From Alkaliphilus hydrothermalis (GTDB lineage: Bacteria; Bacillota; Clostridia; Peptostreptococcales; Natronincolaceae): a DNA stretch of 32,000 bases. Below the pieces are notes generated by a model. That model saw only the letters and a program-made list of their open reading frames with translations, was not told the DNA's origin and ran no database searches. The DNA is taken from NCBI RefSeq assembly GCF_016908555.1, contig NZ_JAFBEE010000012.1, positions 29,815 through 61,814 of the forward strand. The letters run 5' to 3'. The position numbers were made by a program, and so were the translations under genes. Below, one piece after another: positions 1 to 6,393 of the stretch. Each line of letters opens with the position of its first letter. Position 1 is the first letter of the stretch.

Positions 1-2
1 AC

Positions 3-497
3 TATGACAGATCTGCTTCAGCAGCTAGATTATTAAATATGCCCTTCATGGGAATCCATACACCAACAGATATTATGGCAGAACGTAAAGTTCAAAACCT
101 ACTGGACGAAAAGCTAAAAGATAATCCAAAAGCAACTTTGCAGGATATAGTTGATGCTCTAGAAACTTTACCTGAGTATCAAAAAACATTAGCAAAACCT
201 GTGATTAGAGTAGGCGGAAAAGATGATTTTGCTGGTAAGGTTTATGTAACAATGGCTGGTGGTACTGGTGGTGGAGTAGCTGTACAAAAAGCTTACTTCG
301 AAGCAGGTGTAGGTACAGCAGTAGTAATGCATATGCCAGAAGACGTTATCAAAGCAGTAAAAGAGCAAAACATAGGAAATGTCGTAGTCGCAGGACATAT
401 GGCCAGTGACTCAGTTGGAATCAATGAGTTGGCTATGGCATTAGAAGGAAAAGGTATTGAAGTTATTAGAATGAGCGGGTTAATCGACCCTAAATAG
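3..497 (+). CDS. C-terminal part of a NIF3-family (YqfO/YbgI-like) protein; the 5' end lies upstream of the window
   Basis: The frame is open from base 3 through the listed ATG at 39 (YDRSASAARLLN-MPFMGIHTPTD), so the gene is cut by the window edge. The pattern GKVYVTMAGGTGGG...VVAGHMASDSVGI resembles the C-terminal half of NIF3 proteins. Confidence 0.5.
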   Translation, partial: YDRSASAARLLNMPFMGIHTPTDIMAERKVQNLLDEKLKDNPKATLQDIVDALETLPEYQKTLAKPVIRVGGKDDFAGKVYVTMAGGTGGGVAVQKAYFEAGVGTAVVMHMPEDVIKAVKEQNIGNVVVAGHMASDSVGINELAMALEGKGIEVIRMSGLIDPK

Positions 498-579
498 GAG
501 CCAAGTAAAACATTAGTAAAAAAAATGGACCAGGAGCTGAGGATTTCAGTTGCCTGGTCCTTCTTTAGCACTATTTCGA

Positions 580-1038
580 CTATCTTATCCTATTAAAAAG
601 GTCAATGTATTCTCCATATCCTTCTTTTTCTAAATCCTCCAGAGGGATAAAGCGTAGGGCTGCACCATTGATACAGTAACGAAGACCACCTTGATCTCTT
701 GGGCCATCATCAAAGACATGTCCTAGATGGGAGTCTCCTGATTTACTTTTCACTTCGGTACGAATCATTCCATGGCTTAGATCTTTTTCTTCTTTCACAT
801 TATTTTCAATAGGCTTAGTGAAGCTAGGCCATCCACAGCCAGCATCGTACTTGTCTATGGAACTAAACAAAGGCTCCCCTGTAACGATATCAACATATAT
901 TCCTGCTTCAGTATGCTTGTCATATTCATGGGAGAAAGGTCTTTCGGTAGCTGCCTCCTGTGTAACTTTATATTGTAATGGGTTAAGTTTTTTCATAAGC
1001 TCTTCTTTACTAGGTTTATGATACTGTTTTTTATCCAT
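580..1038 (-). CDS. msrB: Peptide-methionine (R)-S-oxide reductase MsrB
   Basis: 152 aa with SelR/MsrB hallmarks: [43 protein letters not shown]. An AAGGAG RBS lies upstream of the ATG. Confidence 0.93.
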   Translation of the reverse strand: MDKKQYHKPSKEELMKKLNPLQYKVTQEAATERPFSHEYDKHTEAGIYVDIVTGEPLFSSIDKYDAGCGWPSFTKPIENNVKEEKDLSHGMIRTEVKSKSGDSHLGHVFDDGPRDQGGLRYCINGAALRFIPLEDLEKEGYGEYIDLFNRIR

Positions 1039-1316
1039 TGAAATACTCCTTTCATTTTACTTTGAATGTCTTTCATTAGTTTAACAAGATCTATAAGGTA
1101 GTATGGATCTATAGTTGGTATTATATTTATATATGCTCGGTATCTGAATTATTTTATACTTTTGACTAGTTTTCTGAGAAAAGTCATGGAATAGGGTGAT
1201 AGTACTATTTCAATTTACTAAGAAAGATTATTTAATAAAAGTACCATAAAAAATAATAACTTTCGAAGAATATAAATTAATAAAATAAATGAAGACCATA
1301 ATATGAAGGGGAGTTG

Positions 1317-1553
1317 ATGGTGGTGGGTGAAACGCTGGAGAACTGTATTATCTGTGGAGATCTCTTTAAAAGTAAAGACGGTACAATATGCCCTAAATGC
1401 CTAGATGTTAAGGAAAGTCCCTATAAAATTGTCAAAGATTATATATTTTTTCATCGGGGCTCTAGTATATGGGAAGTAGCCCAAGCAACTGGAGTGGAAC
1501 CTAAATTAATTTTAAAATATATGAAGGATGGTAGAATCACCCCAGTTGATTAA
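1317..1553 (+). CDS. Flagellar-region zinc-ribbon protein, YvyF-like (TIGR03826-type)
   Basis: Small protein with CxxC...CPxC (CIICGD...CPKC). It sits in the yvyF position of the Bacillus-like flagellar/hpf/secA/prfB neighbourhood. I prefer the ATG at 1317 over the TTG at 1314; the RBS is GAAGGGGA. Confidence 0.6.
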   Translation: MVVGETLENCIICGDLFKSKDGTICPKCLDVKESPYKIVKDYIFFHRGSSIWEVAQATGVEPKLILKYMKDGRITPVD

Positions 1554-1559
1554 GGTTGC

Positions 1560-2408
1560 TTAAGTAGTATAAAGTGTAATATATTCTTGAATCAATTCAT
1601 CATAGGATTTCATCAATTGTAAGATTAAGGGATGGTTAGGGGAATTGAACTGTTGGTTATCTATTGACGAAATGGGAAGGATTTTTGGAGACGTTCCAGT
1701 GATAATCAATCCCTCACAATTTAGAAGAAACTCAATGGAAATGGGTTGTTCCACTACAGGAACATTTAATTTTCTGCAGAGACCCATAACCCTTTCTCTA
1801 GTAATGCCAATCAATACATCCTTAGCTGGTGCAGTATAAATTACGCCAGATTTAACAATAAATATATTTGAGCGACTTCCCTCGGTTATTTCTTTGTTTT
1901 CATTGACCAAGATGGCTTCGTAGACATTTGAATCCTTGAGGGCTGCATTAATCATTTCTCTTTGACTGGTTGAAACAGCCTTTATATTAGGATTTTTTCT
2001 CATGGCTGAATATAAAATAGTTGAAACGCCTTTCTGGTATTGCTTGATAGAAGGATAATGACTAGAAATGAAAAAAAGATATATGTCAGGAGCCTCTGTT
2101 TCAAGATTATTTACAATGATTTTAAAATTTTGCTCAGGCCTTCCGTTAGCATCCAAAAGTTGATTGATTTGCAGCTTTAATTTATCAGTGTCAATTTCAT
2201 AGGAATTTGAATTTCCTAAAAGTGCAATAGAGTTATTTAATCGATTTAGGTGTTCCTCCAGAAATAGGGGGACTGCATCTATGACCCTAATCACCTCATA
2301 TACAGATGGGGATTTAAGTATTGCATCATGTTCAAACTCTTCTGTTGATCTAATGACGCCATTGTAAATATAGTATTTCTGATCTATCTCTTTGTGTTGA
2401 GTCATCAT
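1560..2408 (-). CDS. Class IV (fold type IV) aminotransferase, branched-chain/D-amino-acid aminotransferase or aminodeoxychorismate lyase-like
   Basis: 282 aa with motifs typical of this family: YEVIRV, EGSRSNIF, LIGITR, ITGTS. A GGAGGGG RBS is present. It converges on the yvyF-like gene with only 6 nt between the stops. Confidence 0.75.
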   Translation of the reverse strand: MMTQHKEIDQKYYIYNGVIRSTEEFEHDAILKSPSVYEVIRVIDAVPLFLEEHLNRLNNSIALLGNSNSYEIDTDKLKLQINQLLDANGRPEQNFKIIVNNLETEAPDIYLFFISSHYPSIKQYQKGVSTILYSAMRKNPNIKAVSTSQREMINAALKDSNVYEAILVNENKEITEGSRSNIFIVKSGVIYTAPAKDVLIGITRERVMGLCRKLNVPVVEQPISIEFLLNCEGLIITGTSPKILPISSIDNQQFNSPNHPLILQLMKSYDELIQEYITLYTT

Positions 2409-2519
2409 AACCCCTCCAATTTAATAGTAGTATCCCTTTAATTATAGCACCACTATCCACCCATTTAAAAACTTTTCTTGTTATAGCAAATATGTATTAA
2501 TTCTTATTATAATATATAT

Positions 2520-2546
2520 TAAACTTTTTTAGAAATCCTCCGATAA
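2520..2546 (+). promoter_or_regulatory. Sigma-D (sigma-28) type promoter candidate for flaG-fliS-fliT-like operon
   Basis: TAAA (2520-2523), a 15-nt spacer, then TCCGATAA (2539-2546). The Bacillus SigD consensus is TAAA-N15-GCCGATAT. It lies 40 nt upstream of the flaG ATG. Confidence 0.55.
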
Positions 2547-2585
2547 TATTAATAGGAGACAATTGAATATTAGGAGGGAGCCTAA

Positions 2586-2945
2586 ATGAAGATTGATGGA
2601 GTACAAGCGGGGAATGCTTACCCCCTTCAAACTAATGCACTGGGGCAAGGAAGCCGTATAGAAAAGCCAACGGGGAGCGAACAAGCAGTTTACGGAATGT
2701 CTCAAGGAGAAAAGCAAATCTCTGAAGAAAAATTAGTAAAGGCAGTTGAAAAGGCTAATAAGAGTTTTGAGCCCTTTGATAGGCGGTTTGAAATTTCCAT
2801 CCATGAAAAAACCAAGGCTGTGGTGGTAAAGGTTTTTGATTCCACTAATGACCAGTTAATTAGAGAAATTCCTAATGAAAAGCTATTGGACATGGTGGCC
2901 CATATGTTAGAAGTAGCAGGAATCATTGTAGACAAGACGGTCTAA
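2586..2945 (+). CDS. flaG: Flagellar protein FlaG
   Basis: 119 aa. The C-terminal half (FEISIHEKTKAVVVKVFDSTNDQLIREIPNEKLLDMVAHM) matches the FlaG family pattern. The RBS is AGGAGGGAG. Confidence 0.85.
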   Translation: MKIDGVQAGNAYPLQTNALGQGSRIEKPTGSEQAVYGMSQGEKQISEEKLVKAVEKANKSFEPFDRRFEISIHEKTKAVVVKVFDSTNDQLIREIPNEKLLDMVAHMLEVAGIIVDKTV

Positions 2946-2977
2946 AAAAGACTATTTGAAGTTAAGGAGGGAGCAAC

Positions 2978-3358
2978 ATGGCAATGAAGAACCCCTATAA
3001 TCAATATAAAGAAAACAGTGTAAAGACAGCAAGTCCTCAGGAATTAACTTTGATGCTTTATAATGGGGCGCTAAAGTTTATTAATCAAGGTAAGCTATTT
3101 ATAGAGCAAAAAAATATTGCTAGTGCCAATGAATCCTTAAAACGGGCACAGGATATTATTGATGAATTAAACGTAACCCTGGACATGAATTATGAAATAT
3201 CCCATAATCTAAGAAGCCTATATACTTATATATTGGAAAAATTGTTGGAGGGGAACATGACAAAGTCCATTGAACCACTGGAAGAGGCGATTGAAATGGT
3301 AACAGAGCTTAGGGACACTTGGAAGGAAGCTATGCGATTAGCCAAGATAGGAAAATAG
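2978..3358 (+). CDS. fliS: Flagellin-specific export chaperone FliS
   Basis: 126 aa. NPYNQYKENSVKTASPQELTLMLYNGALKF, AQDIIDELNVTLDM and LYTYI match the FliS four-helix-bundle family. The RBS is AAGGAGGGAG. Confidence 0.9.
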   Translation: MAMKNPYNQYKENSVKTASPQELTLMLYNGALKFINQGKLFIEQKNIASANESLKRAQDIIDELNVTLDMNYEISHNLRSLYTYILEKLLEGNMTKSIEPLEEAIEMVTELRDTWKEAMRLAKIGK

Positions 3359-3856
3359 GTGATGGATATGAATGCAGAAGTAGTGACGGATTACCTAATT
3401 AGAATCAGTGAAGGAAAACTACAGTTAGTCAATCAGCTTTTACAACTGACACTGCAGCAACAGGACGCCCTTGAAGCAACTGAGGAAGAGGGAATTTCAG
3501 CTTTGGACCGACATATTCACAAAAAGCAAGAGGTTATGGGGAAGATAGATCTGTTGGATAAAGAATTCCTAGAAAAGTTCCAAAGCTTAAAGGATGAGCT
3601 TGGGATCAATAGCTTTGCTGACTTGACGGAAGAACCGGTAAAGGGTATAAAGGAACTGCAAAAGCAAATACAAGAAATACTAAAGGTGACAGGAAAAATT
3701 AAGGAAATTGATGAAACCAATGCCGTAAAGGCTCAACAAAATTTAGAACAGATTAAGCAGCAAATTAAAGTTGTTAAACTTGGTAAGAAAACTAACCAAG
3801 GATATGGTAAAAAGTTCAATGAAATCCATTCTATTTTAATTGATAAAAAGAAGTAA
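3359..3856 (+). CDS. FlgN/FliT-family-like flagellar export chaperone (helical, Gln/Lys/Glu-rich)
   Basis: It occupies the fliT position directly after fliS, abutting the fliS stop. Composition is helical and coiled-coil-like. The start could be GTG 3359 or ATG 3362/3368. Family assignment rests on context and composition only. Confidence 0.5.
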   Translation: MMDMNAEVVTDYLIRISEGKLQLVNQLLQLTLQQQDALEATEEEGISALDRHIHKKQEVMGKIDLLDKEFLEKFQSLKDELGINSFADLTEEPVKGIKELQKQIQEILKVTGKIKEIDETNAVKAQQNLEQIKQQIKVVKLGKKTNQGYGKKFNEIHSILIDKKK

Positions 3857-3868
3857 ATAAGGTATAAT
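3840..3868 (+). promoter_or_regulatory. Sigma-A type promoter for the downstream non-coding RNA
   Basis: TTGATA (3840-3845), a 17-nt spacer, then TATAAT (3863-3868). It overlaps the last codons and stop of the upstream CDS. Confidence 0.6.
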
Positions 3869-3874
3869 GAAATG

Positions 3875-4080
3875 TATGCATGAAGGTCTGTGGTTGAAAG
3901 TCCAAGCCAGTCGCAGGCAAAAGGATCCACGTAAGATAACCAAAAATCGAGTTATTGATCATGGTGCGGCTTAGAGGTAAGACCTGCCGGGAAAACCGAG
4001 AGGGGCAGTAGTGAAGGCAACCCCGAGCGAACCCTCCAGCAGGCGAGTGTGGGGTCAAAAACCAGGTCAGCTTCATGTCC
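3875..4080 (+). ncRNA. Structured non-coding RNA of about 200 nt, raiA-motif candidate
   Basis: A GC-rich island sits in AT-rich surroundings with no credible ORF. It has its own promoter and its own terminator. The ends pair (CATGAAG 3879-3885 with CTTCATG 4071-4077), and internal complementary segments exist (CTGCC/GGCAG, AAGCC/GGCTT, CCCC/GGGG). The location upstream of hpf (raiA) is typical for the raiA motif class. Confidence 0.55.
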
Positions 4081-4085
4081 TTAAA

Positions 4086-4121
4086 AAAGTCTTTGATATT
4101 TTATATATCAAGGGCTTTTTT
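4086..4121 (+). terminator. Intrinsic terminator ending the ncRNA
   Basis: A 14-bp stem (AAAGTCTTTGATAT / ATATCAAGGGCTTT, two G-U pairs), a 5-nt loop, then TTTTTT. Confidence 0.8.
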
Positions 4122-4410
4122 ACTTTTTAGTAAATGCGCTTCAACATAAGTCATCAGTTAAATCTTCCGAAGGAAGACTTTGTTCTAAGGAATATGAAAG
4201 TTCTACATTAAATGAATACTATAAGAATAACTAAAAGCCATTATGAATAATCATACAAGATTAACTACAAAAAAAATTTATTTTCCATATTACAACAAAT
4301 AATTTTTGAGAAAATATTATCAATAAATTGCAATCGTTTAAATTTCAATATTATGAATAAGTACTTTACATAATGGGTATAATAATAGGGTTGTGGAAGT
4401 TTTCCAAGTT

Positions 4411-4641
4411 TTATGCACACCGACTAACACCCTTGTCCCATTGGAAAATAAGTTATCAACAAAACTATACACATTATCCACAGGTTATCTATAAACATAT
4501 ACACAATCAAAAAACAAATTATCCACAAGAAAAATGTCGAATAAAACTGAAAAGTCAACAGCTTTGAAGGAAACTGTCTATAGGAATTTAGGGCTAAATC
4601 GTAATATTATTATTTTTTTATGAATATAATAATAATCCACA
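4411..4641 (+). promoter_or_regulatory. DnaA-box cluster (non-oriC type)
   Basis: All boxes are in the same orientation. TTATGCACA 4411-4419; TTATCAACA 4453-4461; TTATCCACA 4474-4482 (perfect); TTATCCACA 4519-4527 (perfect); TAATCCACA 4633-4641. A weaker TTATCTATA is at 4485-4493. Confidence 0.6.
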
Positions 4642-4752
4642 TTTAAATAAAGTATGCTTAAGAATGACAGTTCAAAAGTGGCTTGATATACAATATTAGG
4701 CGTACATAGTTCACCCTCAGAAAGCGAATTATAAAAAGTGTACAAACTTTTT

Positions 4753-4777
4753 GTTTAGGAGTCCAAGCGGTGGGTAA
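4753..4777 (+). promoter_or_regulatory. SigB-like promoter candidate upstream of hpf
   Basis: GTTTAG (4753-4758), a 13-nt spacer, then GGGTAA (4772-4777). The Bacillus SigB consensus is GTTTAA-N12-15-GGGTAT. It is weak evidence, because many Clostridia lack SigB. Confidence 0.25.
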
Positions 4778-4882
4778 ATATTGGATAAATAATCAAAAGA
4801 TTTATTTAATTTTAATAAGTAATCACTTTTAAACTAACGTAGCTGTTGGTTTAAATCTATAGAAGTGAAGGGAGCTGAACAT

Positions 4883-5413
4883 ATGAAAGTAATAGTAAGT
4901 GGCAAAAACGTTGAGGTTACAGATGCTTTACGAAGTTCCGTTGAATCAAAGCTAACAAAGCTAGATAAATTTTTTAATGAAGAATTAGAGGCTAAAGCTA
5001 CCCTATCAGTAGAAAAAGCTAGGCAAATTATTGAAGTAACCATTCCGATTAATGGATCAATTTTAAGGGCTGAAGAAGCTATGGAGGACATGTATGCTGC
5101 TATTGATAAAGTAGTGGATAAACTAACAAGACAGCTTAGAAAGCATAAAACCAAATTAGAAAATAGAAATAAATATGAAACCATTCGCTTTGAAAATATC
5201 CCAGTGCCCCACGAAGAGGAAGCCATGAGCGAGTCAAAAATTGTTAAAACAAAGAGATTTGGTGTGAAACCCATGAGTTCAGAAGAAGCTGTATTGCAGA
5301 TGGAGTTAGTTGGTCATAATTTCTTTGTATACACTAATTCTGACACTGAAGAAATAAATGTAGTGTATAAAAGAAAAGATGGAAATTATGGGTTGATAGA
5401 ACCAGAAATCTAA
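4883..5413 (+). CDS. hpf: Ribosome hibernation promoting factor, long form (HPF/RaiA/YvyD family)
   Basis: MKVIVSGKNVEVTDALRSSVESKLTKLDKFF is the classic S30AE/HPF N-terminus. The C-terminal dimerisation domain is present (KPMSSEEAVLQMELVGHNFFVYTN...VVYKRKDGNYGLIEP). I prefer ATG 4883 with RBS AAGGGAG over the track's GTG at 4865. Confidence 0.93.
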   Translation: MKVIVSGKNVEVTDALRSSVESKLTKLDKFFNEELEAKATLSVEKARQIIEVTIPINGSILRAEEAMEDMYAAIDKVVDKLTRQLRKHKTKLENRNKYETIRFENIPVPHEEEAMSESKIVKTKRFGVKPMSSEEAVLQMELVGHNFFVYTNSDTEEINVVYKRKDGNYGLIEPEI

Positions 5414-5431
5414 GATAATGTTTTTTATAAA

Positions 5432-5468
5432 CTAAGGTAGTCTCTAGGCTACCTTAGCTATTTTTTTG
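5432..5468 (+). terminator. Intrinsic terminator after hpf
   Basis: CTAAGGTAG ... CTACCTTAG stem followed by a T7 run. Confidence 0.75.
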
Positions 5469-5610
5469 TAGAATATTAAAATAAAATGAAGCAAAAAATA
5501 AAACATTCTGAAAATGAAAAAAATAGGAAGGAAAAATCAAAGTAATAGAGAAATCCTAATGTATGAACTTTAATAGGTAATTATAAAGGGGACAAAGGGG
5601 TGTATTTGCC

Positions 5611-6216
5611 ATGATTTTTGAAGCTTTGGTATTAGGAATAATAGTAGGAAAGATTCGAGGTGGACATTTGAAGCGATTAGGGTATCTATCACTAAGATTT
5701 CCTTTTGTGGTGATCATGTCCTTAATATTAATGTTAACGACGTCTATAATGATTGCAATGGGCAATGAAACCTTTATAGAGCATCGAATGATTCTCTACA
5801 TCATTATTTATTGTTTATTATTTACTACGTTGTTTTTAAATCTTCATAAAAAGGCCATATGGCTCATTTTAATAGGGGCTATCTGTAATTTCGCTGCCAT
5901 TGTCCTTAATCAAGGAAGTATGCCAATTGATCTAACCCTTTTAGAAGATTCTGGCTTCAAGAATCTACTGATTTCCATAAACATGGGAGCTTTACCCAAC
6001 TATATACCATTGGAAGAAGCTTTTCCTTTAACTGAGTATTTGGGCAAGCGTTTTATAACGCCATCATTTTATCCGCTTAAACAGGTTTTGGCAGTTGGAG
6101 ACTTCTTGATCTCCATAGGATTGCTTTTTTACATTCAATCGGTTATGCAATCAAAATTATACCGCAAGGCTGTTGGGGTAATTAGTTTTGACCACCATGG
6201 TAGAGTTAGGCGGTAA
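5611..6216 (+). CDS. Integral membrane protein, DUF5317-like
   Basis: 201 aa with about 5-6 hydrophobic segments. The N-terminus (MIFEALVLGIIVGKIRGGHL) resembles what I recall of DUF5317 proteins. Function is unknown. Confidence 0.6.
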   Translation: MIFEALVLGIIVGKIRGGHLKRLGYLSLRFPFVVIMSLILMLTTSIMIAMGNETFIEHRMILYIIIYCLLFTTLFLNLHKKAIWLILIGAICNFAAIVLNQGSMPIDLTLLEDSGFKNLLISINMGALPNYIPLEEAFPLTEYLGKRFITPSFYPLKQVLAVGDFLISIGLLFYIQSVMQSKLYRKAVGVISFDHHGRVRR

Positions 6217-6266
6217 TGGTTAGGTTTATAGGCACAAAACTAATAATTTTTGATAAAAAATGTAAA

Positions 6267-6306
6267 AATAAGCTGAGATGATATCCTCAGCTTATTGATT
6301 TTTTAG
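6267..6306 (+). terminator. Intrinsic terminator
   Basis: ATAAGCTGAG / CTCAGCTTAT stem, an 8-nt loop, then TGATTTTTT. Confidence 0.7.
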
Positions 6307-6393
6307 ATGGTTGTGTTACAATGATGGTTAAGAATTAATCAGATAATACATGAATAACAAGATAAACATAAAACTAAAATTCGAGGTGGTACT

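Noticed and set aside
1088-1112. An 8-nt direct repeat GATCTATA (1088-1095 and 1105-1112) in the msrB upstream region, as a possible operator.
   Set aside because: It is short and AT-rich, occurs only twice, and matches no regulator motif I recognise. It could easily be chance.
3890-4045. Local resemblance to RNase P RNA conserved elements. GAAAGTCC followed later by GGCTTA resembles the two P4 strands with the bulged U. GGCAACCCCGAGCGAACCC resembles the Bacillus GGUAAACCCCUCGAGCGAGAAACCC segment.
   Set aside because: The whole transcript between promoter and terminator is only about 250 nt, and the two P4-like strands are only about 60 nt apart. There is no room for a specificity domain, and the other conserved regions are missing. 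The location next to hpf fits the raiA motif better. A covariance-model search would settle this.
3831-4076. An 81-aa minus-strand ORF and a 65-aa minus-strand ORF (3733-3930) overlap the ncRNA region.
   Set aside because: They have no RBS and are antisense to a promoter/terminator-bounded structured RNA. Cys/Pro/Arg-rich composition is typical of translating a GC-rich RNA gene.
4373-4567. A 64-aa ORF on the + strand covers the DnaA-box cluster.
   Set aside because: It has no Shine-Dalgarno sequence. Its composition is odd and low-complexity (His/Gln/Tyr/Lys-rich), driven by the repeated TTATCCACA-like words. It lies in an otherwise non-coding AT-rich gap, so it is most likely an artefact of the repeats.
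4395-4645. Interpretation of the DnaA-box cluster plus the adjacent AT-rich run as the chromosomal origin (oriC).
   Set aside because: No dnaA, dnaN, rpmH or gidA/parB-type origin-proximal genes are in the window. The neighbourhood (fliS-hpf-secA-prfB) is not origin-linked in Firmicutes I know of. I could not identify DnaA-trio repeats. A secondary DnaA-box cluster is the more economical reading.
4834-5274. Long antisense ORFs inside well-supported genes. Examples are 4834-5274 (hpf), 11908-12249 (MCP), 16447-17154 (flagellin), 25295-25720 (sucC/sucD), 28819-29160 (amidohydrolase) and 8442-8732 (secA).
   Set aside because: Each lies opposite a gene with strong family motifs. They lack RBSs and have Ser/Ile/Phe/Leu-rich composition typical of the reverse frame of AT-rich coding DNA.
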